NCBI GenBank assembly: GCA_040260805.1
Contig: JBDQPD010000007.1
Coordinates: forward strand, 1-58,680
Reading direction: 5' to 3'
DNA length: 58,680 nucleotides
From: Myxococcota bacterium
Lineage (GTDB): Bacteria; Myxococcota; UBA4151
Both the position numbers and the translations under genes were made by a program. The notes beneath the pieces were generated by a model that was not told the DNA's origin, did not search any database, and was given only the letters and a program-made list of their open reading frames with translations. Below are positions 47,459-56,893 of the stretch, in pieces (the stretch's first letter is position 1; the number at the start of each line of letters is the position of its first letter).

Positions 47459-48868
47459 TTGCGCTGGACGGTCCGAACACGGATCGCTGTGGATTTGATC
47501 GCCGCAGTGAGCCTGAGCATGATTGCGGTGGGGTTTGCGACCCTGCTGGCGGCTCAGCAATTACTGCACAATAACGGCAGCGAAATGACCGAGCAGCTCG
47601 CCAGTTCACTCTCTGCGCAGGTCAGCCGCATGAGGGTCTCTGGGCGCAGCTTAGATCATCCCGATAATCGTATTTTATGGCAGAGCTTTCTCGCCGAAGA
47701 GGTCTTCGCTGGGCGCGCCGTCGAGCTGACGGTGCGAAGCGTCGGCGGACAAATCGCCTGGCAGCTCAAGCAAGATGTCGGTGATGAACCGCTTGAAGCC
47801 TCGGTGGCGGTGGCGGGTGGTGGCACCTTAGTGCTGCGTATGGCGAACGCACCGGGTCAAGAGGCGGTGCGCTCACTGACCGAGCTGTTGCTCAGTTTGA
47901 TCCTCGGCAGTGTGGTGTTGGTGAGCCTGATCAGCTGGTGGCTTCTTAGCCGCAGCGTCGGTAAACCGGTGGCGCGCCTGATCGAGGCGGTTGAGTTGGT
48001 CAAAACCGACGCAGCTGAGCTGCCACCATTGGGTGAAGCGGGCTCCGAGCTTGCTGCCTTGCACAAAGCGATCGATCGCATGAGGCTGCGCTCAGAGCAT
48101 GAGCGCGTCGAGCTCGGCGAGCGCCACGCCGCCTTGCAAGACGCTCATGATGACCTACTCAAAGCCAAGCGAGTGGCTCAGCGCGCAGAGCATCTAGCCG
48201 GCGTTGGGCGATTAGCCGCAGGCATCGCCCACGAAGTCGGCAACCCCCTTTCGGCTCTGCTCGGCTTTGTTCAGCTGCTGCGCACGGGACGCATTCCAGA
48301 GGACAAACAAGCCGAAGTCCTCGACCGCTTGGAGTCAGAGTTGGAGCGTATTCGAGGGATCGTTGGCGGTTTGCTTACCTATGCACGCCCGGCACGGCCT
48401 ACGCTCACGGCTGTTGATGTCCATCGCGTGGTCGAGCCGACGGTTGCGCTGGTTCATGCGGACAAGTCTTTTCGCGCCGTCGCGATCCATATGCAGATCG
48501 ATGAGCGGCTACCTCAGGTCCTTTGTGACGAAGGCGGGCTGCGCCAGGTGCTGGTGAATTTATGCCTTAACGCTGCGGAGAGCTGTCAGAATCAAGAGGG
48601 CTCGCAGGTGGTGGTCAGTGCAGCCAAACGAGACGGCCGAGTCGTCCTGGCTGTCGATGATTCAGGACCAGGGATTTCGCCGCAAGTCGCTGCGACGCTC
48701 TTTGAGCCTTTCGTGACCACCAAGGAGGTGGGCAAAGGCACAGGTTTGGGCTTATCCGTTTGTCAGGGTATCGTGCAGTCGTGGGATGCTGATTTGAGTG
48801 TTCACCAAAGCGATTTGGGCGGCGCACGCTTTGAGGTCAGTATGGCGCTCGCCATGTCGGAGTCTTAA
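47459..48868 (+). CDS. HAMP sensor histidine kinase (PilS2-like)
   Basis: Two TMs; GRLAAGIAHEVGNPL; QVLVNLCLNA; DSGPGI; FEPFVTTKEVGKGTGLGL. Confidence 0.92.
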   Translation: MRWTVRTRIAVDLIAAVSLSMIAVGFATLLAAQQLLHNNGSEMTEQLASSLSAQVSRMRVSGRSLDHPDNRILWQSFLAEEVFAGRAVELTVRSVGGQIAWQLKQDVGDEPLEASVAVAGGGTLVLRMANAPGQEAVRSLTELLLSLILGSVVLVSLISWWLLSRSVGKPVARLIEAVELVKTDAAELPPLGEAGSELAALHKAIDRMRLRSEHERVELGERHAALQDAHDDLLKAKRVAQRAEHLAGVGRLAAGIAHEVGNPLSALLGFVQLLRTGRIPEDKQAEVLDRLESELERIRGIVGGLLTYARPARPTLTAVDVHRVVEPTVALVHADKSFRAVAIHMQIDERLPQVLCDEGGLRQVLVNLCLNAAESCQNQEGSQVVVSAAKRDGRVVLAVDDSGPGISPQVAATLFEPFVTTKEVGKGTGLGLSVCQGIVQSWDADLSVHQSDLGGARFEVSMALAMSES

Positions 48869-50265
48869 TGAGTCAGTTCAATAAGCTGAGCCGTGTGCTG
48901 GTCGTCGACGACGAAGACAGCCTGCGTCATCTGTTGGTTCTGGCGCTAGAGGGTCAGGGCATTGAGGTGGACTGCGCAAGCGATGGCGTTGAAGCGCTCG
49001 AGCGGTTTAATCCTGAGCGCCACGATGCGGTCCTCACGGACATCCGTATGCCGCGACTTGACGGCTTAGCCTTTACCCGCCGGTTGCTGCAGCAGCATCA
49101 CAACGCCGTGGTGGTGGTGATGTCGGCTTACGGCGACATCGAGGTTGCGATGCAGGCGCTGGAGGCGGGCGCTGTCGACTATCTGAACAAGCCTTTTCAG
49201 CCCGATGAGGTGAAGCTGCGTTTGATGATCGCTATCGAGCGCTGGAGGCTGGGCGCCGAGAACGTCCGCCTGCGTGCGGTCGTTGAACAAAAGTCCGGGT
49301 TTGAAAAGGTCGCCAATGCTTCGCCTGCCATGCAGCGAATCACCGAGACCCTTGAGCGGGTGGCGCCTCACCGATCGTCGGTGTTGCTCAGCGGTGAATC
49401 AGGGACGGGTAAAGAGGTGCTCGCTCGTTCCATCCATGCGGCGAGCGATCGCAGTCACCAATCCTTTGTTGCGGTCAACTGCGGCGCCATCCCTGCGAAC
49501 CTTCTTGAGTCCGAGTTCTTTGGTCACAAACGGGGCGCGTTTACCGACGCCGTGCGCGACCGGAAGGGCCTCTTTGAAGAGGCCACCGGTGGGACCTTAT
49601 TTCTCGATGAGGTGGGTGAGCTGCCTCTAAACCTTCAGGTCAAGCTCCTGCGCGCATTGCAAGAAGGGATGGTTCGCCCGGTCGGTAGCGACCGAGAAGT
49701 GTCGGTCGATGTTCGGGTCCTGGCTGCGACCAATCGAAACCTTGAAGAGCAGGTGCGGCGTGGCGAGTTTCGCGAAGACTTATTTTACCGACTCAATGTT
49801 TTCCCCATTCAAGTGCCGCCGCTTAGACAGCGCCAAGAGGATCTAGAGGTCCTGGTCGGGCAGCAGCTCGAACAGCTGGCGAGCGCCTCGCGGCGCGACA
49901 GCTTATCGTTAGATCCTCAGGTCTGGACTTTGTTTCGTCAGCATCCGTGGCCTGGCAATATCCGCCAGCTGCACAACGTGCTCGAGGCTGCCGCCGTTTT
50001 GTGCGGTGGTTTGGTCATCGATTCGTCGCATCTGCCGCCGAATTTCATGACCGAGGTGGCGGGGGATGCGACCGTTGAGCGTTTAGCTGTTGGTACCGAA
50101 GACGAGAGCATTGATCTGAGCATTCCCGATGCGACCGAGCACATCGAGCGCACCTTTATCCAGCGCGCTTTGGTCCGCACCAACGGCAACAAAACCGCGG
50201 CGGCCAAGGTCCTTGGGATCTCGCCTCGGTCATTACATTATAAGATCAAAGAGTACGGCTTTTAG
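48868..50265 (+). CDS. Sigma54-dependent response regulator (NtrC family, PilR2-like)
   Basis: Receiver (VVDDE, TDIRMP), GESGTGKE, GAFTDA, FLDEVGE, FREDLFYRL, C-terminal Fis-type HTH. Confidence 0.94.
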   Translation: MSQFNKLSRVLVVDDEDSLRHLLVLALEGQGIEVDCASDGVEALERFNPERHDAVLTDIRMPRLDGLAFTRRLLQQHHNAVVVVMSAYGDIEVAMQALEAGAVDYLNKPFQPDEVKLRLMIAIERWRLGAENVRLRAVVEQKSGFEKVANASPAMQRITETLERVAPHRSSVLLSGESGTGKEVLARSIHAASDRSHQSFVAVNCGAIPANLLESEFFGHKRGAFTDAVRDRKGLFEEATGGTLFLDEVGELPLNLQVKLLRALQEGMVRPVGSDREVSVDVRVLAATNRNLEEQVRRGEFREDLFYRLNVFPIQVPPLRQRQEDLEVLVGQQLEQLASASRRDSLSLDPQVWTLFRQHPWPGNIRQLHNVLEAAAVLCGGLVIDSSHLPPNFMTEVAGDATVERLAVGTEDESIDLSIPDATEHIERTFIQRALVRTNGNKTAAAKVLGISPRSLHYKIKEYGF

Positions 50266-50271
50266 CCTGTA

Positions 50272-51150
50272 CTAGAGCAGCCCACGCAGCGCGTTGAGGT
50301 AGGCATCGGTGAGCCCTTCTCCGATCAGCAAGACCTCCAAGCCCGCCAAGGCTAAAAAGATACCCAAGGGCAGCGCACCGTCTTCAGGTTGCCAGCCATC
50401 ATCATGCTCAACCTCACGGTTTCCAATGCCGCCGCGCCGAGCTAGGATCGCCCAGCCGATTAAGCCCTGAATCGATGCCAGCATAAGAATCGGTAACAGC
50501 CCGGCAAAGCCGGTGCAGCAGACGATCGCCGCAAAAAGCGGCGCGTCGCCGCCACCGAGGGCTTCTTTATCGAGCGCCTTACCCATCACAAAGCCCATGC
50601 CATAGAGCATCCCAAAGGCGATGAGCCCTGCGCCTAAATGGGTCCCGGTCGAGACCAGAGCAGGTCCCCACTCAAGGCCGGTATCGATCACTAAACTTGC
50701 CGTATGGCCGACCAGCCCAAGCCCAGCGACGCTGGCGCTCATTCGGTCATCGATCAACCAATGGTCATGATCGATTAAAGCGATCGCCAGCAAGACGGCG
50801 CCAACCGCTACGCAAGTGATCGCATGGACGCTCAGATCCCAGCGTACGATCACCGCTAAGGTGTAGATCCCAAAAAATACTTCGACCCCAGCATAGCGAA
50901 GGCTAAAGGGCGCCGCGCAGTGACGGCACTTGCCGCGCAGGATAAACCACGAGAGGACCGGTAGGTTATCGTACCAAGCGATCGGCTGCTCGCAGTGAGG
51001 ACATGCCGACCCCGGAGAGACGACCGAGCGCCCAAGCGGCATGCGGTACGCCACGACATTCAAGAACGAACCGATGCTCGCACCCATGCAAAAGAAGATG
51101 ATCGCAAAGGCGACTTGAGCCCATAAAATGTTGGGGAGGGATTCGATCAG
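50272..51150 (-). CDS. pilD: Prepilin peptidase (A24)
   Basis: GSFLNVVAYR, SACPHC, WYDNLP, GKCRHC, ID, ALGGGD; first ATG at 51087, likely true start CTG at 51150. Confidence 0.92.
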   Translation of the reverse strand: MIESLPNILWAQVAFAIIFFCMGASIGSFLNVVAYRMPLGRSVVSPGSACPHCEQPIAWYDNLPVLSWFILRGKCRHCAAPFSLRYAGVEVFFGIYTLAVIVRWDLSVHAITCVAVGAVLLAIALIDHDHWLIDDRMSASVAGLGLVGHTASLVIDTGLEWGPALVSTGTHLGAGLIAFGMLYGMGFVMGKALDKEALGGGDAPLFAAIVCCTGFAGLLPILMLASIQGLIGWAILARRGGIGNREVEHDDGWQPEDGALPLGIFLALAGLEVLLIGEGLTDAYLNALRGLL

Positions 51151-53258
51151 GGCTGGGCTCCAACGTCTGCAGGTCCGGCATCGGACGAATCTGTGGTGGC
51201 GCCGAGATTAATCTCGGGGATCACCGCATCGGGTTTGAGCGCCGCGTCGATCTTGTCTTTGAGTTGGCGAACGCGACCTTTGGCAGCCAAAGTCGGTCGG
51301 TCAGCCACGGCTTTGTTCAGATACGCTCTGGCGAGGGCTGCTCCCGAGCCGTCGAGGAGTGCGTTCTCTGCAAGGTTGAGCCACGCGATCGGTCGCTCTG
51401 GTCCCTTTTTCGCGACCTCGAGCCAGATCGGATGGGCTTTCGCCCGTTGCTGAACACGCCACGCCAAGCGTTCTTTGGTTTCGGCGGTTTCAGGGCTTGG
51501 TAGATTTTGAATGATAAAGGCTTTTTGTTCGACCAGGCTGAGATCGGATTGAAGCTCTGGCGGCAGTTCATCGAGGAGTTTGATCGCCTCTTGGTGACGC
51601 CCGACCGATGCTAACGAGCGGCTCAGGTATTGATAGCCATCACGGTGGGCTGGAGCGCAGCGCACCGCATCCCGATACTTTTCGATTGTTGCTTGAATCA
51701 AGCCAGCTTTTGCTAGGCTTTCAGCCTGTTTCATGAGCTCTTTTCGGTTCGCCTGCAGCTGCACTTCGTCGGCGGTTAGGCACCCGGTGATCACCTTTTG
51801 ATAGTCGACTTGCTTGCGCTGAACGCGCTCAAGCGCTTCGGCATAAAAGGGCTCGTTTGGCATCAACTCGATCGCTTTTTCTAGGTGGTCGATCGCCGAG
51901 GTGAACTCGTTGGCGAAGATCGGCGTGACCGCGACCGAAAAAAGCCAGTGGGCTTCGGCCTCTTGGTCGGGCGGCAAACCCGGACCGTCATCAAGAGATT
52001 CAAAGAGATTGTCGAGAATCTCTGCAGCTTTGAGCGCCGGTCTGAGCTCGACTCGGCCCTCACGCATCAGCCGTGGATCGCTCCCGAGAAAGAGGGTGGC
52101 TCGGGCGTAACCTAAACGGCTTTGCGGAGCCGCCTCATGGCGCCCACGCTGGGTCTTCCAAAACACCTGTCCATCTTTGAAGATTCGAACCTGATCTGTG
52201 CCCGAAGCAAAGAACAAGCCGCTGGTTAAAGCCACCGCCACAGTGGTTCGGATCAACGCCGTCACCAAGTTGTTCTCGTGCATCGCTCGCCCAGCGAGCG
52301 GACCGACGGCTTGACCGACCAAGATGGCTAATCCGATGACCAGGGGTAAGGCGAAGGCGGGGTCTGCGTGGGTTGGTGAGACGATCGGCATCAGCCCGGT
52401 GGTCAGGGGAGCGACGACGGCGACCGGCAGAAAGCGTCGCATCGGTTCGGCTAAGAGATTACCAAAGCGCTCGAGCAGCGCGACGGCGCCCGTAAAGACA
52501 AAGAATAAAGCGGTCAGCAGACCGGATACGCCAGCTAGATCAAGACGAGCAGCAGCGATCTCAGGAGCCCACGGAAGAAACTCACCAATTCGCCAACCCG
52601 AGAAGAGATTGATCCAAGTCTGCCCAGCAAGTGCCAACAGATGGGGTAGGTCAACCGGCGTGAGCGCCGCCCAGATCATGACGGGGAGCGCGAAGAGACC
52701 CAAGTTGATCGGGCGAAGCAGCTCGCGTTGACCGTCCTCATCTTGCAGTAACCAAACCAAAGACCAGGCGCACACGCCCATCGGATGAGCGAGCGCTGGC
52801 GCAAGCAGTAGGGCGCAGCGCGCAGCGGCGCCCGCTTTAGCCCAACGGTTGACTGCGAGGACCAGCAGCACCAACGCGATCGCCAAACCCGTATTGTCCA
52901 GCTTCATCACCACAGCGATCGAAGCGGGGTGGGCGATGAGCATCGCACCCGCGACGCCAGCACCAGCTGGATGAACACCGGCGTAACCAAGACCCGCCAC
53001 CAGCAACGCGGAGGCGGCTGCCAATCCAACCAGCCCAATCAAACGCAGCGAGGTCGGGTTGAGATAAGCCAGGGTATCGAGCAGGCTCTGAGCCAGCCCA
53101 CCTAATGGCTGCTGCCAACTGATCCCCTCTGCGGCGAGCAGATCGATACCAAGGACGTAGCTGTAAGCTTGTTCACCGAAGAAGGCAGGTGCGTAGAGCA
53201 TCAGCCCCAAGAGCAAGGGGAGCGCAACAGCGAGCGAGTGTGGGCGATGGGTATTCAT
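51147..53258 (-). CDS. Multi-pass membrane protein with C-terminal TPR (TMTC/GT-C-like, degenerate)
   Basis: About 10 TMs with AGAMLIAHPASIAVV and QVRIFKDGQVFWK motifs, then TPR-like repeats. Confidence 0.6.
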   Translation of the reverse strand: MNTHRPHSLAVALPLLLGLMLYAPAFFGEQAYSYVLGIDLLAAEGISWQQPLGGLAQSLLDTLAYLNPTSLRLIGLVGLAAASALLVAGLGYAGVHPAGAGVAGAMLIAHPASIAVVMKLDNTGLAIALVLLVLAVNRWAKAGAAARCALLLAPALAHPMGVCAWSLVWLLQDEDGQRELLRPINLGLFALPVMIWAALTPVDLPHLLALAGQTWINLFSGWRIGEFLPWAPEIAAARLDLAGVSGLLTALFFVFTGAVALLERFGNLLAEPMRRFLPVAVVAPLTTGLMPIVSPTHADPAFALPLVIGLAILVGQAVGPLAGRAMHENNLVTALIRTTVAVALTSGLFFASGTDQVRIFKDGQVFWKTQRGRHEAAPQSRLGYARATLFLGSDPRLMREGRVELRPALKAAEILDNLFESLDDGPGLPPDQEAEAHWLFSVAVTPIFANEFTSAIDHLEKAIELMPNEPFYAEALERVQRKQVDYQKVITGCLTADEVQLQANRKELMKQAESLAKAGLIQATIEKYRDAVRCAPAHRDGYQYLSRSLASVGRHQEAIKLLDELPPELQSDLSLVEQKAFIIQNLPSPETAETKERLAWRVQQRAKAHPIWLEVAKKGPERPIAWLNLAENALLDGSGAALARAYLNKAVADRPTLAAKGRVRQLKDKIDAALKPDAVIPEINLGATTDSSDAGPADVGAQP

Positions 53259-53414
53259 GTCCTGATCAGTCGGCCATTCTGTCTATTTTTTTTACCCTGA
53301 CGAATGTTATGACTAAAACACAAGGTGACACGGGACGACTATGACGAGGTGATATTGCTCAAAGAGGTGCCAATTCTGGTCAGTTTGTGTCGGTTCGAGA
53401 TAGGGATATTTGAG

Positions 53415-53427
53415 TAAGTTATTGTTT
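53415..53427. promoter_or_regulatory. Possible IHF site
   Basis: TAAGTTATTGTTT; one mismatch to YAANNNNTTGATW; AT-rich DNA just upstream of the sigma54 promoter. Confidence 0.45.
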
Positions 53428-53445
53428 TTATGGGTTATCACAAGT

Positions 53446-53461
53446 TGGCACGCCATTTGCT
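53446..53461 (+). promoter_or_regulatory. Sigma54 (-24/-12) promoter of pilA
   Basis: TGGCACG-CCAT-TTGCT, exact match to TGGCACG-N4-TTGCW, about 100 nt upstream of pilA. Confidence 0.9.
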
Positions 53462-53557
53462 CAATAGATAACCGTAGCATTGAAGCGATGTCCGCTGTGG
53501 GCATCGAGGACTCACACCGGACTGTTTATAAGGTCCATGAAAGGAAGGAAGCCTAAC

Positions 53558-54055
53558 ATGAAAATTAAAAAAGGCTTTACTTTGATCGAGCTGATGATCG
53601 TGGTTGCGATTATTGGTATTCTGGCGATGATCGCCATCCCGAACTTTATCAAGTTCCAGTGCCGCGCCAAGCAGTCTGAAGCTAAGAGCAACTTGAAAGC
53701 GCTCTTCCAAGCTCAGAAGTCGTACTTCGCTGAGTACGATGAGTACTCTGCGCTGAACACCATTGGTTTCGATACCGAACCCGGTAATCGTTACACCTAC
53801 TGCAACACGCCGGCTGATTGCCGTCCGTGCGAGCAGGGTCCTGCTTCGAACTCCGGCTTCCCGCGTGCCATGTGCAACGGCGTCGGTGTGACTCAGAACA
53901 ACTGTACTACAGCGCCAGCCCATACAACGGCTGAAGCGGCGAACGATATGTTCACGAGCTGTGCGACCGGTAACATCGACAACAACGAAGATGTCGATGC
54001 CTGGCGCATGAACGACGCGAACAGCCTGACTAACGACGATAACGACTGCGCTTAA
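53558..54055 (+). CDS. pilA: Type IVa major pilin
   Basis: MKIKKG|FTLIELMIVVAIIGILA.IAIPNFIKFQ..KQSEAK.NLK, GNRYTY, GNID...D.W typical of myxobacterial PilA; AGGAAGG RBS. Confidence 0.95.
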   Translation: MKIKKGFTLIELMIVVAIIGILAMIAIPNFIKFQCRAKQSEAKSNLKALFQAQKSYFAEYDEYSALNTIGFDTEPGNRYTYCNTPADCRPCEQGPASNSGFPRAMCNGVGVTQNNCTTAPAHTTAEAANDMFTSCATGNIDNNEDVDAWRMNDANSLTNDDNDCA

Positions 54056-54106
54056 TCGTCACGACAGGCACGCACGGGTGATCCTCGAGCGCCTGTGTTA
54101 ACGTCG

Positions 54107-54143
54107 AGCAACCCCCTGGTACGCCGGGGGGTTTGCTTTTTTT
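54107..54143 (+). terminator. Intrinsic terminator after pilA
   Basis: AGCAACCCCCTGG-TACG-CCGGGGGGTTTGCT followed by a T run. Confidence 0.85.
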
Positions 54144-54167
54144 GCTCAAGCTAGCGACTGCATTGTT

Positions 54168-56039
54168 ATGACGATCACGCGTCCCGCCATCTTGTTGACC
54201 GTATCCTTGGTGATCACCTTGCTCAGCGCTCGATTGAGCGCTGAGCTTGGGACCGCTGTGACCGGCGCAACCTGGCTCCTGTGCGCCTGCTTTGTTGTGC
54301 GCTTGGAGCACCTCGCTCAGCCTCCACGCTTTACCGTTTCAGGGCTCGCAGCGCTCGCGATCGCCTTGTTGTGGTGGGTGGACAGCTATGGGGTGGCGGA
54401 CCCAGCTAGTGCTTGGGCGTGGCTGTTGGGTTGGGGACCTCCAGCGCTTGCCGCATGTGTGGTGGCGCGTCGACCGGACCAGCGCACCCTCGTTTTGCGC
54501 GTGTTCGCCTGGATGGGCGCGCTGTTGGGGGCTGCTCATGCTGCTCAGTGGCTCTCTGGAGTCGTTCGCGCGTCGGTTATCTTTACCAACCCGAATGTCA
54601 GCGCGGCGGTGCTGGTAGGGCTCTTGCCTTGCGTATTGGTGGTTAACCGGCGTGCCGAGCGGCTCGGTCTGGCGGCCGTCACGCTGCTTGGAATCGGTGC
54701 CACCGGCTCGCGTGGTGGTTTGCTGGCGGTGGTGGTGATGACTGCGGTGGGGATTCTACTGCATCGCGGCCAACGAAAGGTTTGGTTGGGCGCGCTCGCA
54801 GTCGGCTTGTTGCTGGTCCCGGTTGCGGGTCAGAGGCTCTCGAAACTCTCCGAAGATCCTCATGCTTATGGCCGCTCGCTGTGGTGGCGCGCAGCGTGGC
54901 AAGTGGCCCAAGACCATCCGGCGGGCGTTGGAACACGCCAATTTGGTTGGTATGGCTTACGACAGCGAGCTGAGATTCAAGCACCGGTTTATCGCTATCT
55001 GCGCGGTGAAGCGGGCGAGTCGGCTCATAGTGAGTGGCTTCAGCTTACCGTTGATCACAGCCCCTTGGGTTTCGCCTTATTGCTCTTGTGCGTCGGCGCT
55101 ACGATGTGGCGGCCTCGGTTTCGCCCGGAGTCTTTAGCCTTCGCTGGCTTAATGGTTCACGCCGCCGTGGACGGAACTTGGCAAAGCGAGATGGTGCGCT
55201 TGATTTTGTTGGTGCACGCCATGGCGCTCTGGCGACAGGGCGTCGCGTTACCATGGAGACTTCCAGCCCATATTATGATGGCGCCTTTGGTGGTGTGGGT
55301 CTTGGCTGCAGCTCCGGTCGGTTACGCCCAGTGGCTTGAACGCAGCGCCTTGCGTGACGATCGCTTAGCGTCGCGTCGCGGCACGGTTAACCCGCAGAGT
55401 GTGTCGCTGCTAAAACGAGCTGCGCAGACGCATCGTCTCGATCCAGACCCGCTCAGCGCGTTGGCATCAATTTCAGCTCGCTCGGAGCAGTGGCGCCAGG
55501 CGTTTGATGCGATAGAAGAGGCGATTGTGCGCGCCCCGGCCCGACCTCAACTGCGGCGTCAGGCGTTGGCGCTCTACGGACGCGCAATGGCTCTTGGTGC
55601 TGGAAATACGGCGACTGCGCTCAGGCGATTGCACCACGCTCAGGTGCTCATTCAGCTGCAGCCGATGCACGCCGTTGACCGCTTTAGCTTTGCTCAAGCC
55701 GCCTTAGGTCTGGGTTACGCCAGACCTGCGCGCGCGGCTCTTGAAACGGCTCTAAAACTTGAGCCGAATTTTCGCGTCGCGCATCTCGCAATCGCCGGAC
55801 TCAAGCCGTTGGAGGCGCAGACGCATCTCGATAGGGCGGCAGCGATCCGCGGACGGATGCTCAAGCGCTATTGCGCAGACCCCGCAACCGAGTGCAAAAA
55901 CCATCTCAGGCGGGTCATGACCCGTTTGGAGTTGCGTCTATTGGGTGACCTCACCGAAGCCAAAGATCGTTTGCCCTTGCTCGAGCGATTCGCCTCCTAT
56001 CCGCGACCGCCTCTAGCGCCTTGGCCAGGTCTGAACTGA
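54168..56039 (+). CDS. O-antigen ligase / O-oligosaccharyltransferase-like (Wzy_C) membrane protein with TPR-like tail
   Basis: FTNPN, TGSRGG, R...W..A......HP.GVG, AHSEWLQ; multi-TM. Confidence 0.8.
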   Translation: MTITRPAILLTVSLVITLLSARLSAELGTAVTGATWLLCACFVVRLEHLAQPPRFTVSGLAALAIALLWWVDSYGVADPASAWAWLLGWGPPALAACVVARRPDQRTLVLRVFAWMGALLGAAHAAQWLSGVVRASVIFTNPNVSAAVLVGLLPCVLVVNRRAERLGLAAVTLLGIGATGSRGGLLAVVVMTAVGILLHRGQRKVWLGALAVGLLLVPVAGQRLSKLSEDPHAYGRSLWWRAAWQVAQDHPAGVGTRQFGWYGLRQRAEIQAPVYRYLRGEAGESAHSEWLQLTVDHSPLGFALLLLCVGATMWRPRFRPESLAFAGLMVHAAVDGTWQSEMVRLILLVHAMALWRQGVALPWRLPAHIMMAPLVVWVLAAAPVGYAQWLERSALRDDRLASRRGTVNPQSVSLLKRAAQTHRLDPDPLSALASISARSEQWRQAFDAIEEAIVRAPARPQLRRQALALYGRAMALGAGNTATALRRLHHAQVLIQLQPMHAVDRFSFAQAALGLGYARPARAALETALKLEPNFRVAHLAIAGLKPLEAQTHLDRAAAIRGRMLKRYCADPATECKNHLRRVMTRLELRLLGDLTEAKDRLPLLERFASYPRPPLAPWPGLN

Positions 56040-56893
56040 TGGCATCGAGTCGCACCTGGATTGCCCTGTTGTTGGTCTTGGTACCGTGCACCTTATGGGC
56101 TCATGCAGATCTCGATGCGCGTGAGGCGCAGCGAGCTGCACAGCAGCCTTGGCCTGCCCCCCCGCCCGAGCTAGCGCTCAAGTTGAGCTCCTTGGGTTTT
56201 CGTCACTTTGCGTCGGATATGATGTGGCTTGCGGCGATTCAATACTTTGGGGCGCAGCGGAACCTCAACGATGGTCACTTTCGCTTGTTGGTACCCTTTT
56301 TAGATCGAGTGGTCGCGCTCGACCCTTTGTTCGAGTATGCTTATCGTTTTGGCGGCGTAGCGGCTGTCGGGCCGACCGGTGAAAATATAGAGCAAGCCAA
56401 CGACTTGCTTGAGCGTGGTCAGGCTGCGCGGCCAGACGTCTGGCGCATTCCGTATATTCGAGCGTCCAATTGCTTGCAGCATACCTCGGATCAAAAGTGC
56501 ATGGCAGAGGGCTTTAGCGCCGCCGCTGCCTTGCCCGAGAGCCCAGAGTGGTTAGGGCTTCTTGCGAGCCGACACCTCAAAGCCGAATCGAGAGCGAGCG
56601 AGGCTTTTGAGCTGCTGGCTCGATTGGTTGAAAACACGACCGACCCGATGCTCAAGCTGCGCGTTGAAGAGCGCTTGGGCGCGCTGCAAATGGAGCTCGA
56701 TCTTCAGTCGCTGAATCAGGCTTTGTCTCGTTACCGCCAGCGTCGCGGTGAGGAGATGGGATGCCCTTTAGAATTGAGTGAATTAATCGATAATCGATTG
56801 ACTCAAATCCCTCGAAGTCCGACCGGTGCTCCCTATGAGATCGGTGACAGTTGCGAACTCGGCCCACCGGGTTTTGCGGAGATAATCAAATGA
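56039..56893 (+). CDS. pilG: PilG-like accessory protein of the myxobacterial pilGHI module
   Basis: SLGFRHFASDMMWL.AIQYFG, LDP.FEYAYRFGG; precedes the pilH/pilI-like genes. Confidence 0.75.
   Translation: MASSRTWIALLLVLVPCTLWAHADLDAREAQRAAQQPWPAPPPELALKLSSLGFRHFASDMMWLAAIQYFGAQRNLNDGHFRLLVPFLDRVVALDPLFEYAYRFGGVAAVGPTGENIEQANDLLERGQAARPDVWRIPYIRASNCLQHTSDQKCMAEGFSAAAALPESPEWLGLLASRHLKAESRASEAFELLARLVENTTDPMLKLRVEERLGALQMELDLQSLNQALSRYRQRRGEEMGCPLELSELIDNRLTQIPRSPTGAPYEIGDSCELGPPGFAEIIK

Noticed and set aside
53480..53557. Longer pilA N-terminus from the ORF track
   Set aside because: A type IVa leader MKIKKG with an SD-like AGGAAGG fits ATG 53558; the upstream part is 5' UTR of the sigma54 transcript
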